A DNA stretch of 64,000 nucleotides from Caecitellus pseudoparvulus (Eukaryota; Protista; Bigyra: Bicosoecida), in assembly GCA_965644315.1 (NCBI GenBank), contig CBFFRQ010000032.1:496001-560000 (forward strand), in the 5' to 3' direction. Numbering within the stretch: the stretch's first letter is position 1; the number at the start of each line of letters is the position of its first letter. Position numbers and translations under genes: made by a program. The notes beneath the pieces are model-generated. The model was not told where the DNA came from. It was given only the letters and a program-made list of their open reading frames with translations, and made no database searches. Below are positions 1-10,458 of this stretch, piece after piece.

Positions 1-3000
1 AGCTCACGCGGACCTCAGTGCGGGACGCAAGTGATGCACCCCCAGACAGTGCGTGAGCGTACTGTGCTTTGTACAGGGCTGAGAGTGAGAATGGCTTCAT
101 GTAGTCTGAGGTATCCACCGCCCCGATGGACAAGTGGGCTGGGCGCCCAGTCTCTGACATGTACCAAGCCAGTACACCTTCTCCGGACACGCCAGCTGAC
201 ACGAGCTTGGGCCCGAATGCGCCAGAGCTGGGCCCGACTCGGATGGAAGCAGTTGGGCTGTGGCTGGGCGAGGTTTGCTTGCTGGTCAGCCCTGGGACAG
301 CTCTGTGAATCTTGCGCAAGGCGCGGGCATACAAGTGCTGGGCAGCCGGTGACGTCATGCTTGCACGCATGCCTCGCAGGCCCGACAGCTCTGCCACCAA
401 ACCCATCTCTCCATTCGCCGGCATGTCTATCCAAGCATTGATGTCGACTGTCAGGGCCAGCGCGTCCGCCAGGGGATTCTTGAGGTCCCCTGGCAGGAAC
501 ACCGCTGGCCGTGCTATGGACGCTTTGATCGTCATGTCACAATCCCCCGCGACAGCTTGCTGCAGCGGACGAGGGAGGCCTGGCAAGCTTGATGGCGGGC
601 GGCCAAGCAGAGAACTCTCCAGAACGTGGTGCAGCGTGTTGTCAAGTGCAGTGTTCTGGTTGTCGTGCAAACGAGCTGCTGCGTGTTCAGCGACTGCGAC
701 TTGAGCCCTGAGCCATGCCGTGCCCTCTGGGAGCAGGGTGGACAGAGGGCCTGCAGAGCAAGCATCTGCAACACCATGTCCATCTTGGGCTCGGGCTGCA
801 CGCAGAATGGAAGCAACGGCCCCTGCTTCTGCGCCTGAAACGTCTCCATTCTCGCCTTTCACGAAAATGTGGGCAGCTGAGCCAAGCGGCTGCGGGCTGG
901 GCCTCCCGCCTGTGTAGTAGGTGCCAGGAACGTCGAGCCAGGAGAGAATCTCCCACAGCACCGGGGACAGCACAATCGCGGCGTCAGAGACGGAAGTTTC
1001 CATGGTCATTACGTTGGCATATGGCTCAGAGCCGGGCTTTGCTGCCCCGGGGGTGTCGGGCACGTAGCCCCACCGGTTCACGTCGGGCATGCAAGGGCGA
1101 CCGCTCTCGTCCACGTGAGGGCCCATGTACAGTGCAAATTCAAGTGGGGCTGGAGACATGGACCTTCCCAACAACGTTTGCCAGTAAGCCGAAACCTTCT
1201 CAGCTGCCGAACGGGCGGAATCGTCGCCTGTGGCCGCCCCCTGAGTCTGGGCAGTCGCCGATGATTCGCTCCGCATAAACAGCAGTCGTGCCAGGTGTGG
1301 GTGAACATGACTGTCTGAAAAGTCCCGACGATCGTCAGCAGCGATTTCCCGTACCTTCACGACGACTGTCATGTCCCATGCACACCCGAAAGTCACACCA
1401 ACACGCAAGTCGGAGAGGGTGAAGGTGGCAATAGTAGCCGCGCGGGGTGAGCTGGCCATATCTCGTTTGGTGGGAATCGGGCCGAGGTCCACGTTCCACA
1501 AATGCTGCGAGGGCTCTTCACTTGTGACCAGCGCGGTGGCTGAGCAGGTGGAGAGCGTGCCATGCTCTGGATGCGCTGGCGTAGGGCAGCAGAGCCTGGC
1601 TGCAGCGGCAGCTCCACAGCCAGCCGTTACCTCGTCAAGCACCTCACCCGGGTCAAAGCCCACATCTCCATCCAGCATGGTCGCCCGCACCTTCTCCAGA
1701 CGCACCGTGATGAGCATGCTCAAGTGCCCCACAGGGCCCCAAGCAGGGTAGGGACTAGGCACCACGGGTGGCGGGCCCTGCGTCCCCACGGGCAGGAAGG
1801 GCGCAGGGATGGGCGTCGCCACTTCTGAGATGTTCAAGCTCGCAATGTTCAAGCACAGCATGTAGTGCATCTGGGACAGGGACAGGCAAAGCGGGGACAG
1901 CACGATGTTCACCTCCATGGGAGGACCCGAGAGTGGATCTGTAGCCCTGCTGCCCGGTAAGCCTTGCGTTGGCAAGGCAAAGCCGGCAAGGAGAGGCGGC
2001 AGGTCCACTGAGCAATCCAGCTGAGGAAGGGCAAGCATGTCATCCAGGACAAGTTCGGGAGGCGCCAAAGCACACCGTGCGGAGTCCACAGACCACACAG
2101 CAGCACTACGGTTGACTTCCCTAACCATGCCTTCACTGGCAGCGGCTTGCAGGCGGGCCTTTGTCGTCGCTCGACTGGACACCGGGAGGGTGCACGTGCC
2201 AACGCGAAGGCCAACGATAGAAGCATGCAAGCCACATGCCGCATGGAGCACTGCTCCGGCAGGGGCGAGGTCGGGGGCCATGGGCACCCCAATGACGCCA
2301 TTTTGCTCATGTGGGCCACACAGTGCGCTTGCTCCTGCTGCAAGAAAGCCAACGTGGGGGAGCAAACTTCCTCCCACAGCAGGTAAGGGGGCAATAGCTC
2401 GATGCCCTGCATGTTCGATGGCAGCAAAGTGCCCTGGCATGCACGATAGCATGTCTGCTGTCATGATTGTGTGCTTACCAGCACTCGCAGCTGCATACGT
2501 GCGAGCCAGGCCTGCCTGCCTGACAAGGGGGGGAGCACACGACTGTGCAACGAGGTGTTCCACGCGAGCAACGAGGCCTTGGGCAGAAGAGGAATGCAAG
2601 GGGACGCCCAGCCAGACTTGCGAAATGCGAGCACGAAGCAGAGGCACGCCGGCGTTTGCGACGTGCGCAGCACAAGGTCGGGGGACGTACGGGGCCGCAT
2701 TCGGGTCTGGCCCAAGGAAAGGCGCCAGGGGCCCTTCAAATACGTGCCCGAGGAGCTCAAAGAGAACTCGCATCAGGAAAGCGATGCGTGGTCTCCGGAT
2801 GTCCGCAGCCACTTCCATGCCCATGGGCAGGCGTGGGCTCATGACGATGTCAGCCACCAACATGCTGTGCGAACGGGCAGCATCCAAGCTGGCTGGTGTG
2901 TGCCCTGAAAGAAACCGGTCAGGGGCCAAGCTGGCGTGTACGTTCAGCCAGTGCTGAGGCAAGACCCCTCGAACACGTAGCACAGGCTGTTGCGAGGGAG

Positions 3001-6000
3001 CGCTTTGCTGCGGGGAACTGCCGGCAGGAGAATGGTCACACCAAGCCCACTTCTTGAATGGAGCGGTAAGCGGTTGCGAAAAATCCACCAAGCCTGTCTC
3101 CGAGTCACTTTCCGAGCACGTGTGTGAGGCATGCAGCCAGGGCAGCACCATGCTGGTGCTTGGAGACAGGCCATGCAACAGCGCCGCCGTCTGCTTACAG
3201 TTGGCGACCACAGGCGACGCAAGTGCAGCCAACTGGCGAGCTGCGTAAGTTGTAATAGCAGGCAAGGCACCCATTCCTGGAAAGGCGTGCATCTCTGCAG
3301 CCATGGGGTTGAAGCCGAGCGAAGAGCAGGTCTCCGTGGGCGTCCGGTGCGGGCGGACAGCGCTTTGCTCCGAGCAAGGGTCCCATGCGTCAAGAAAGAC
3401 CACATGGCGCCGCTCAGTGTGCAGCGCGTGACTCAAGTGCCGGTGTGCCAGCACATCCCCCACGTGCATGGCAGAAGCTGCCGGGTTCGGGCTGCACACC
3501 GCTGAGGCCAGCCTGGCGAGGTCCTCACCACACCCCATGCTGCACGACAAGTCATGCACGTACACTCTTCGAATGTACGCTGAGATAGCCATTTGTGGGT
3601 CATCATGTTCGCAGCCGTCCTGTGCAACTGCTTTGATGGTGCTTGAACTCACAAGCGCGTCCAAGTCTTCAATCGCAATGCGCTGCAACGGGCCCTTGTA
3701 CATGTACCCGTATGGGTGGCACGATCCGTAGCCGTAGGTGACAAAATGGCTGCCAGCGGTGAGGTGTGCCGAAAAGCGTCTTTGTGCCCACATGGACTGA
3801 GATGGGGCAGTGTCAGGCCTGGACAGGACATCAGCAACAGTGCACAGCCACGGGCTGATGCCAAAGCCGTCGCTGTTGCTATCTGCCTCAGCTTTGTGGG
3901 ACCTCCTTCCACGAGGCAGAGATGCTAGCAACTCCTTGGCAACCTTGGCCCTCTTGGGCAGCAGTTGGACTCCATTTGGGCCCAGCAACCCACTCAAAGC
4001 GAATGCTTGGAGCATCTGAGAGCCGTAGGTACCCACTGGGGCGGCGCAAGGCACTGCTTCCTGATTCAGCACCAAGGACAAAGAAGGGAGATGGGCTGAC
4101 ACTGTCATGGATGGCTTGGACTTCGTGGCACTCTCTACGTCCAGCAGGGGCAACGGGGCTTCAGCAGGGACAGGGGCTTGAGCAGCAGGCGGGTCGCCAG
4201 CGTACGGCTTCGCAGGCTGCTTGCCGACCCGCTCCATGCCGACGAACTCGCATAGCTCAGCGAGCGTATCCCTGTTCACGACCAGCGCCAATGGCTGCAT
4301 GGCGACGTCAATGGACATGTCTGCAGGTGCGTGAGGAACACCCATGTCCACACGAACGCAGATTGCAGGCGCCAGGGGGGGCAGGCTAGAGTCAGCAGGG
4401 CGGGAGCGAGAGCTGCGTGAAAAGGACGGCGATGCGCCACAGCCTGCTGCAACGAGGGGTGTTCCGTCGGCTGCAGGATGGAACTGCATCAAAGTGCAAA
4501 ACTCAAGCGGGTGGGGGGGCGGCGGCGGTAAGGGGGAGGCACCAAGGGCCTTCGCGACAGCAGCTGCCGTGACGAACGTGTCCCACCCCGCACTGCGCAC
4601 TCTCCACAAGTCCTCCACAACCAGCGAATCCAGAACAACTCCGATCTCCGCACCCTTGCTGTGCGAGGCATAGTCTGCAGCAATGCATCCGATTTCAGCA
4701 TGCAGCAAAGGCCGCGCCAGCCGTCCCACCATCGCAGAGAAGACCACCCCATTCCAGTAGTGCATGCCCCTGTGAATGAAGGGTGTGGACAGCTCCACTG
4801 GGCTCTCTTGATCGAGCAAGTAACTCCAGGACGTCTGATGGGTGGTATATGCTTCCTCTGAAACTTGAAGAGTGGCTGCAGGTGCTTGTGCTGGTCGCCC
4901 AGTCGAGTGCCGCAAGACTGCACGCTGCACGGTGCGCATGGCAGCATCTTGCCGGGCCCGCAGCACCTTCCTCACACTGTCACGGCCAACTGCTGAAAAA
5001 GACTCGCTGCTTGAGCTGCTGGATGTGTCCGCGCCATCTTCAAAGAGACCGATTCCCAGCGGGTCAGGACCAAGAGATGCTGCAGTGGGATGTGACACGG
5101 CAAGTGTGGCATGAATGCCATGCAGGCGGACCTTGGCCCGTAGGAACTGTTGCAGCACCGTGGAGGGAGGGGAAGCCGGTGTGCTTTCGTCGGTACTCTG
5201 CACAGAGGCATCCCGCTGCCCGTCAGAGGGGGACAAACCTTCCAATGCAGCCGTGATGCTGTTGACGATGCGCATGAGTATGCTGAACTTTGCAGAGGTC
5301 AGGGCTAAACGGAGGGTGGTCACTTCGCAGTGCAGCCTATTGACAGGCAGGTCTTCGGCAGGGGGGGTGAGGCAAGTCATCCACTGAGCCTGCAATGCAA
5401 CAGGTGCCAGGATGTAGCTTGACTCTCCCCGCCATGATCGCAAAGGTGCGCGCGAGAGGCTGCTACTGGACAGACCTGCATCTCCTCCAGCAGGCAGCAT
5501 GTTCAAGGCGTTAGCATCGCGAAGAAACACAGGCGCAAGTGCCGATCCATCAACCATGTACATGGACAAACCCTCCAACTGCGCCCGTACGGTCTCGTAC
5601 AGGGGCGCCACGCCCACCCCCGCACCAGCCGACGCTTCGCCTGAGCCACCTGCGCGGCATGCCTCCGCCCGGTCCAGCACGCGGTTGCTTGCTCGAATGC
5701 GGCCCAGGCTTAGCACTAGCATTGGGCCATAAAGCGCCGCTGGCTCCAATGGCACTGTGACACGCAATGGCTCCAAATGGGCCTGCAGGCGAAGGCCAAG
5801 CATCCCGGAGCGTGGCACTCCAACAGCGGCAACTCTCGCACTGTATGCAGCGGGGTCTGAGAAGGCCGCCGCTGCAGCTGCAGCCTGCGAAGAAGCATCT
5901 GCGAAGGCAAGAGCTGCAGCACTGCCTGCGCTGCTCGTTGGATGAAGGAGTGAGGGGCCGCCCACCACCGTTGGGGGGCCATCCGTGACCTCAACGCGGG

Positions 6001-9000
6001 GAGCAAGAAACGCCAGCAGGGGCTGCAACGCAGCGACTGACACCTGCAAGTCAAGAGAAGAAAGCCGAGCTGCGATATCCATGAGGTTGCTGCGCCCCAA
6101 GGTCACGTCGGCCTGTAGGAGGGGGGCCTTCGTTCCAGCACGCATGGCAGCACTGCGCGTGTCCAGCATACCGCCAGCCTGCTCACCCATGAACGATGCT
6201 GCAATGGAGGAGAAGAGGTGTCCTGGCGTTTTACCTGCTCGAATGATGGGGAAAAGCCTGGGGCCTCGCCCGGGTCGCATGCCGGCTGGTGGCTGCTGCG
6301 GCCGGCTAACTCCGTCGTGAACTTCCAGGCCACCCACAGACGCCGAGACCTTCATGGGCCCCGCCGGGCGCAAGTACTGCAAGTGAGCCCTGGGAGGGCG
6401 TGCCTTGTGGTCTTGACGAGCCCCATCCCTGTGCTCAAGCAGGCGTGCCTGCGCACGCAGAACTTTGGCAGCCAAGGCGCGTGTTGCAGGGTGTGCCGCC
6501 ACGAGGCTGGGTGTCCACATCCCGACATCAGCACTCAGGTCTGTCACCGTTGCACTCACTAGCCATGACAGGGTGGACAAGCAGTGTGATACATCAGACA
6601 GTGCAATGGGCGTGCCGCTGGCGGAATGGAAGCGAAGAGTAGTTGGCTGGGCAGAGGGAACGCCTACAAAGCGCTTCACAGCGTGGGCCAGGCGGTTGTC
6701 GGCGCTGGCTCCTGGCTGAAGGGTAGCCTGTCGCATGTCTATCTTGCATGCAGCTCCTGGAACTGGCGGCAATGCTCCATGGGCAAGCACATCTCGGGAG
6801 TGAAGTGCCAGGCGCAAGTCATCCACCCGTACCCCCAACTGCAAAGTGTGGCCAAACTCGAACAGGCGCCCACCCAGCACAGCTCGGCCGTCAGAGCGAA
6901 AAGTCGTGTACAGGAGGGCATGACCAGCCGAGCTTAGGGCTGCCTCCACACGGCGTGCAGCCAGCACCCGCGCAAGCAGTGAGCGCTGGCTGGGGTCTGA
7001 TTCATCGATGTCTGGGACGTGGCCTTGAAGAATAGAGTCGGCCAAGAGCGCTGAGGAGTCTGTTGCTGTGCTGGTCACCGAGGTTGCATCGTCATCCACG
7101 TCTGCGTCCCCAGTTCCAGGTCCACCGAGCAGCGCAGACAGCGCTGACACTCGCCCTGCGGCGCTCCCAATGCTCAAGTCAGCAGGATCTGCACCAGACC
7201 ATACTGCACTTTGCAACTGCTGCCACGCCTCTGTAGATGTATCTGCAGCAGTTGCTGGCTCAGGACCCGTCGGGGCTTCCGTACCCCCCCACCAGGAAGA
7301 GAGGTCAAACCACGACGCTTGTGTCCGGTCCTCGCTTGCCTCACTAGCCTGCTGTGCATCATGTTCAGCTTGATACAACACAGCCAAACCAAGTCCAGGG
7401 TGTGATTCTGAGGAGCTGTCTGCTCCAGCGGCGCCTGCAACGACGTCCAGACAAGCGTGGGCTGGATGCAGTCGCCCCGTGGCGACAAGCCACGACAGAG
7501 TCTGCCAATACTGCATCAGCACAAAGCGCACCAGAGCCCGACCATCTGGCGTTGCCAGCGCAGCAGATGCAGACCTCACTTGCTTCCAACACAGCTCCTG
7601 CACTGCCGCTGCGGGTCCAGAGAGAGCCTCGCTGAAGCACTTCTTGTGCCAGGCCACAGCCCGCGCACTTGAGCAGTGCTGCACTGCAGCCACGGCGCGG
7701 CTGAATGGACTGTCTCTGGAAGCGTCTGCGAGTGCTGCTGAGTCGGCCGGTCGGGCTGCAAGGGTTTGCATGATGTCCGCTGCCGGCAGCTTCAAGCTGG
7801 CACGCAAGCCAGCCTCGCTGCCGGCTACGCCCCCAACACAGACTGGAGGGTGTCCGCTTGAGAGCCACTCCACAGCATGGAGAATGTCATGGTACTGGTG
7901 CTGGTGGATGTCAACATGCAGCGCACTCACGTGCACTGAGGCATCAATGGCGGGGGGGTGTGTTGTGGCGTGCTGCTCAAACTGGGCAGCTAAGTCCAGC
8001 AGGTCGTCTGTGGCGACCTGGGCCACCTCAGTCAGCCAGTGCTGCACTGGGCACTCCACGGCAAAGCGGTCATCTGCACTGCCTGCCACCTCTGCAACCT
8101 TCACGGCCTGGAGGTTCTCAGTGGAAACCCTGTCTTTAAAACCCAACAAGCGCAGCATTTCTCGCTCATTTTGCCGCACCTCTGCCTCCAAGCTGCCGTC
8201 TTCGTCGGCACCTGAAGCCACAGCAGGCTGCGCATCAACCATGCCTGACAGAGCAGGAGCACCTGCACGATGAGCACACAGAGGGGTGCCGCTTCCCGCT
8301 CGCTGCACCCACAAGGAGCAGCAGAAGCCGAGCGGGTCGTCCACGAACTCTTGAAACTGAGCAGTCAGCGTGGCTTCTGCCTCGCTCTCAGCACCGTCCT
8401 CAGCAAGCTCTCTGGCCCACGCAATCGCTTCGGCGGGCAGTGACGTGGGCAAGTGCACGGAAATGTCTTCGGCCCAGTTGTCTGGTAGCTGTTGCTGCAT
8501 CAGGCGTTGCAGCTCTGACACGGGCGGCACACCAGTGTCGTTCACAACCACATTCACCTCTGCTGACAGGGGCTGCAGCACGAATTGGCGCTCCCCGATG
8601 AAGTCCAGCACTAGCAAACGCTTGACAGGGTTGCTGACCGCAGGGGTGGCGCCCGAGCTGCCAGCCTCTTCCACGAAGCCGTCAAAGCGAACTCCGTCCC
8701 GCGCAGCACACTCTTCCGCGTAATATGTGAGGGCCCCTTGGTGACGCTCCCGAGCCATCTGTGCCAAGTTTGCAGCATGTCCTGCATGCGCAGAATCCAG
8801 TACATCGTGCAGCGTCGCGCTGGCCATGCCACTGCCCAGTGCGGCCATCAGACCGCCCGCGGAACGCATGCTCGGGGGCAAAGCCAACGCCGTCGCAAGG
8901 CCGTTGGCATCAAAGCTGTGCCTGGGCGGGCTCACTCCCCCAGGCAGTGACATGGGGGGGGGAGCACTGTCTCCATGCGTCAAGGCGGCGGAGTATGCCT

Positions 9001-10084
9001 CATGCGGGGCCAGGCCTGCCCGCACTTCCGCCAGGACCCGTGCCGCGGACAGCCGGGAGTGGCTGTCCACGTACACTCCCAGCTTCGTCAGGTTGGCCCG
9101 CTTGCGAATGAACCCGCTCTCGTGCCCGAGCAGCCCCCCTGCCCCTCGCACAGATTCGCTGGGGTTCATGCTGTGGTCCAGGGAGACGAGGGACAGCGCC
9201 CCGAGCTGCAGGCCCACTGCGTACAGGGGGTGCGGCACCTCGCTCCGCTCGGGATCAGTGGCAGATGGGGTGCCCTGCTGCAGGGCCAGGGCCTGGACAG
9301 TGGCCCCTGCGCCCCCACTGTCTGGATCGGCACCAGAGAGCGGCTGAGTGTCCCACTGCACTGACTCCAGGCGAACGTGCACGTCCGTGATGCTGACTTG
9401 CGCAGCGTCCAGTGCCCGCGTGATGAGGCGCTGCATGAAGGGACTCATGGCCGCCTTGCGCTGCACTGGAGCCTCTGCACCCTCTGCTGCACCAGTCTCA
9501 TCGGCTGCCTGAGCACGAGACCCCGTCGAGGGTTGCGCACTTCCTGCTTGGGTCTGGGCTGCCGGGAGTTGGGCCTGCAATGCTTTCACGGTGGCGTCCA
9601 GCGCGCCCAACTCAGCGCGAAGCTTCTCGTCGGGGGTCATGTGGGTCTTCAAAGTGGCAAGCACGTAGAGACCATCCAGATTCACCCTCAACGGTGCAGA
9701 GAACAACTCCGTCCACGAAAGCTGCACGGTGGGAAAGCAACGGGTGCGTGCGGTGTGTGATGTTGACAGCCGAATGGCGAGGCACACACGTGTATCTGCA
9801 GCTTGCGAATGTGAACAGAGGTCACTGCAACTGGAAGCTGCATCCCTGCCAGCAACTTGTCCGTGTTCAAGTCCTGTGTGAACTCCAGAGGGGCGAGGAG
9901 TGGCGGCAGGGGAGCAATTTCCGCAGGCAGCGGCGCAGCCTCGTACGATGTGCTGAAGGGTGATGCTGGTGGGCGTGATGACAATGCTGTCACCGTCCAG
10001 GCACTCCTTGTGCACAAATGCATCCAGGGTTGGTCCCAGCTGCTGCATGACCCAGCCCTTCAGGGCACGCGTCAAGAACGACAT
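1..10084 (-). CDS. VPS13: VPS13-family bridge-like lipid transfer protein (5' part; gene continues past the left edge)
   Basis: Exons 10084-9947 (MSFLTRALKGWVMQQLGPTLDAFV...ITLQHI), 9873-9790 (DLNTDKLLAGMQLPVAVTSVHIRKLQIH) and 9721-<1 (LSWTELFSAPLRVNLDGLYVLA...FMQRLITRALDAAQVSITDVHVRLE...YAVGLQLGALSLVS...IRKRANLTKLGVYVD). This is the Chorein_N signature. Downstream segments look like RBG repeats (IRRPRIAFLMRVLFELL; LRARISQVWLGVPLHSSSAQGLVARVEHL; IKASIARPAVFLPG). Introns of 73 and 68 nt are GT-AG. No minus-strand ORF in the track terminates in this frame between 9721 and 1, so the frame is open for about 3,240 codons. Confidence 0.9.
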   Translation of the reverse strand, partial: MSFLTRALKGWVMQQLGPTLDAFVHKECLDGDSIVITPTSITLQHIVRGCAAACGNCSPAATPRPSGVHTGLEHGQVAGRDAASSCSDLCSHSQAADTRVCLAIRLSTSHTARTRCFPTVQLSWTELFSAPLRVNLDGLYVLATLKTHMTPDEKLRAELGALDATVKALQAQLPAAQTQAGSAQPSTGSRAQAADETGAAEGAEAPVQRKAAMSPFMQRLITRALDAAQVSITDVHVRLESVQWDTQPLSGADPDSGGAGATVQALALQQGTPSATDPERSEVPHPLYAVGLQLGALSLVSLDHSMNPSESVRGAGGLLGHESGFIRKRANLTKLGVYVDSHSRLSAARVLAEVRAGLAPHEAYSAALTHGDSAPPPMSLPGGVSPPRHSFDANGLATALALPPSMRSAGGLMAALGSGMASATLHDVLDSAHAGHAANLAQMARERHQGALTYYAEECAARDGVRFDGFVEEAGSSGATPAVSNPVKRLLVLDFIGERQFVLQPLSAEVNVVVNDTGVPPVSELQRLMQQQLPDNWAEDISVHLPTSLPAEAIAWARELAEDGAESEAEATLTAQFQEFVDDPLGFCCSLWVQRAGSGTPLCAHRAGAPALSGMVDAQPAVASGADEDGSLEAEVRQNEREMLRLLGFKDRVSTENLQAVKVAEVAGSADDRFAVECPVQHWLTEVAQVATDDLLDLAAQFEQHATTHPPAIDASVHVSALHVDIHQHQYHDILHAVEWLSSGHPPVCVGGVAGSEAGLRASLKLPAADIMQTLAARPADSAALADASRDSPFSRAVAAVQHCSSARAVAWHKKCFSEALSGPAAAVQELCWKQVRSASAALATPDGRALVRFVLMQYWQTLSWLVATGRLHPAHACLDVVAGAAGADSSSESHPGLGLAVLYQAEHDAQQASEASEDRTQASWFDLSSWWGGTEAPTGPEPATAADTSTEAWQQLQSAVWSGADPADLSIGSAAGRVSALSALLGGPGTGDADVDDDATSVTSTATDSSALLADSILQGHVPDIDESDPSQRSLLARVLAARRVEAALSSAGHALLYTTFRSDGRAVLGGRLFEFGHTLQLGVRVDDLRLALHSRDVLAHGALPPVPGAACKIDMRQATLQPGASADNRLAHAVKRFVGVPSAQPTTLRFHSASGTPIALSDVSHCLSTLSWLVSATVTDLSADVGMWTPSLVAAHPATRALAAKVLRAQARLLEHRDGARQDHKARPPRAHLQYLRPAGPMKVSASVGGLEVHDGVSRPQQPPAGMRPGRGPRLFPIIRAGKTPGHLFSSIAASFMGEQAGGMLDTRSAAMRAGTKAPLLQADVTLGRSNLMDIAARLSSLDLQVSVAALQPLLAFLAPRVEVTDGPPTVVGGPSLLHPTSSAGSAAALAFADASSQAAAAAAAFSDPAAYSARVAAVGVPRSGMLGLRLQAHLEPLRVTVPLEPAALYGPMLVLSLGRIRASNRVLDRAEACRAGGSGEASAGAGVGVAPLYETVRAQLEGLSMYMVDGSALAPVFLRDANALNMLPAGGDAGLSSSSLSRAPLRSWRGESSYILAPVALQAQWMTCLTPPAEDLPVNRLHCEVTTLRLALTSAKFSILMRIVNSITAALEGLSPSDGQRDASVQSTDESTPASPPSTVLQQFLRAKVRLHGIHATLAVSHPTAASLGPDPLGIGLFEDGADTSSSSSSESFSAVGRDSVRKVLRARQDAAMRTVQRAVLRHSTGRPAQAPAATLQVSEEAYTTHQTSWSYLLDQESPVELSTPFIHRGMHYWNGVVFSAMVGRLARPLLHAEIGCIAADYASHSKGAEIGVVLDSLVVEDLWRVRSAGWDTFVTAAAVAKALGASPLPPPPPHPLEFCTLMQFHPAADGTPLVAAGCGASPSFSRSSRSRPADSSLPPLAPAICVRVDMGVPHAPADMSIDVAMQPLALVVNRDTLAELCEFVGMERVGKQPAKPYAGDPPAAQAPVPAEAPLPLLDVESATKSKPSMTVSAHLPSLSLVLNQEAVPCAAPVGTYGSQMLQAFALSGLLGPNGVQLLPKRAKVAKELLASLPRGRRSHKAEADSNSDGFGISPWLCTVADVLSRPDTAPSQSMWAQRRFSAHLTAGSHFVTYGYGSCHPYGYMYKGPLQRIAIEDLDALVSSSTIKAVAQDGCEHDDPQMAISAYIRRVYVHDLSCSMGCGEDLARLASAVCSPNPAASAMHVGDVLAHRHLSHALHTERRHVVFLDAWDPCSEQSAVRPHRTPTETCSSLGFNPMAAEMHAFPGMGALPAITTYAARQLAALASPVVANCKQTAALLHGLSPSTSMVLPWLHASHTCSESDSETGLVDFSQPLTAPFKKWAWCDHSPAGSSPQQSAPSQQPVLRVRGVLPQHWLNVHASLAPDRFLSGHTPASLDAARSHSMLVADIVMSPRLPMGMEVAADIRRPRIAFLMRVLFELLGHVFEGPLAPFLGPDPNAAPYVPRPCAAHVANAGVPLLRARISQVWLGVPLHSSSAQGLVARVEHLVAQSCAPPLVRQAGLARTYAAASAGKHTIMTADMLSCMPGHFAAIEHAGHRAIAPLPAVGGSLLPHVGFLAAGASALCGPHEQNGVIGVPMAPDLAPAGAVLHAACGLHASIVGLRVGTCTLPVSSRATTKARLQAAASEGMVREVNRSAAVWSVDSARCALAPPELVLDDMLALPQLDCSVDLPPLLAGFALPTQGLPGSRATDPLSGPPMEVNIVLSPLCLSLSQMHYMLCLNIASLNISEVATPIPAPFLPVGTQGPPPVVPSPYPAWGPVGHLSMLITVRLEKVRATMLDGDVGFDPGEVLDEVTAGCGAAAAARLCCPTPAHPEHGTLSTCSATALVTSEEPSQHLWNVDLGPIPTKRDMASSPRAATIATFTLSDLRVGVTFGCAWDMTVVVKVREIAADDRRDFSDSHVHPHLARLLFMRSESSATAQTQGAATGDDSARSAAEKVSAYWQTLLGRSMSPAPLEFALYMGPHVDESGRPCMPDVNRWGYVPDTPGAAKPGSEPYANVMTMETSVSDAAIVLSPVLWEILSWLDVPGTYYTGGRPSPQPLGSAAHIFVKGENGDVSGAEAGAVASILRAARAQDGHGVADACSAGPLSTLLPEGTAWLRAQVAVAEHAAARLHDNQNTALDNTLHHVLESSLLGRPPSSLPGLPRPLQQAVAGDCDMTIKASIARPAVFLPGDLKNPLADALALTVDINAWIDMPANGEMGLVAELSGLRGMRASMTSPAAQHLYARALRKIHRAVPGLTSKQTSPSHSPTASIRVGPSSGAFGPKLVSAGVSGEGVLAWYMSETGRPAHLSIGAVDTSDYMKPFSLSALYKAQYAHALSGGASLASRTEVRVS

Positions 10085-10332
10085 GGTGAAGGGTGGTGGG
10101 GCAGCTGCACAGGCACCTGCCCTGGTGGCTGCAGTCCGCGCCGCCCTGGACACACAGAGGCTGGGCGTTCTGTAAAGGGATCAGTCATACTTGTTCCCCC
10201 GCTCTTTTCATGTTGGTGTGCGTACACTGCGCCCGGGCGGTCTGTTTTGCTTGCTGCGAGAGGTTGCCCTGTGAGACTGAAACCTGCACCTGGCACTCCC
10301 GGGCAGGCGGGAGACGTTGCATTCCATGCTGC

Positions 10333-10426
10333 TCATGCAGTGGCCTCCTCGTAGCGGCGGGCCACCTCGTCGAAGTTGACGACGTTCCACCATGCGCCAA
10401 TGTACGCAGCGCGCTTGTTCTGGTAC

Positions 10427-10458
<32 letters not shown>

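Noticed and set aside
31-9760. Dozens of plus-strand ORFs of 60-300 aa
   Set aside because: They are antisense shadows of the VPS13 exon in GC-rich DNA, falling in frames fixed relative to the real gene and lacking recognisable motifs. The same applies to ORFs opposite the GAC-like, CEP192-like, receptor and RPT6 genes.
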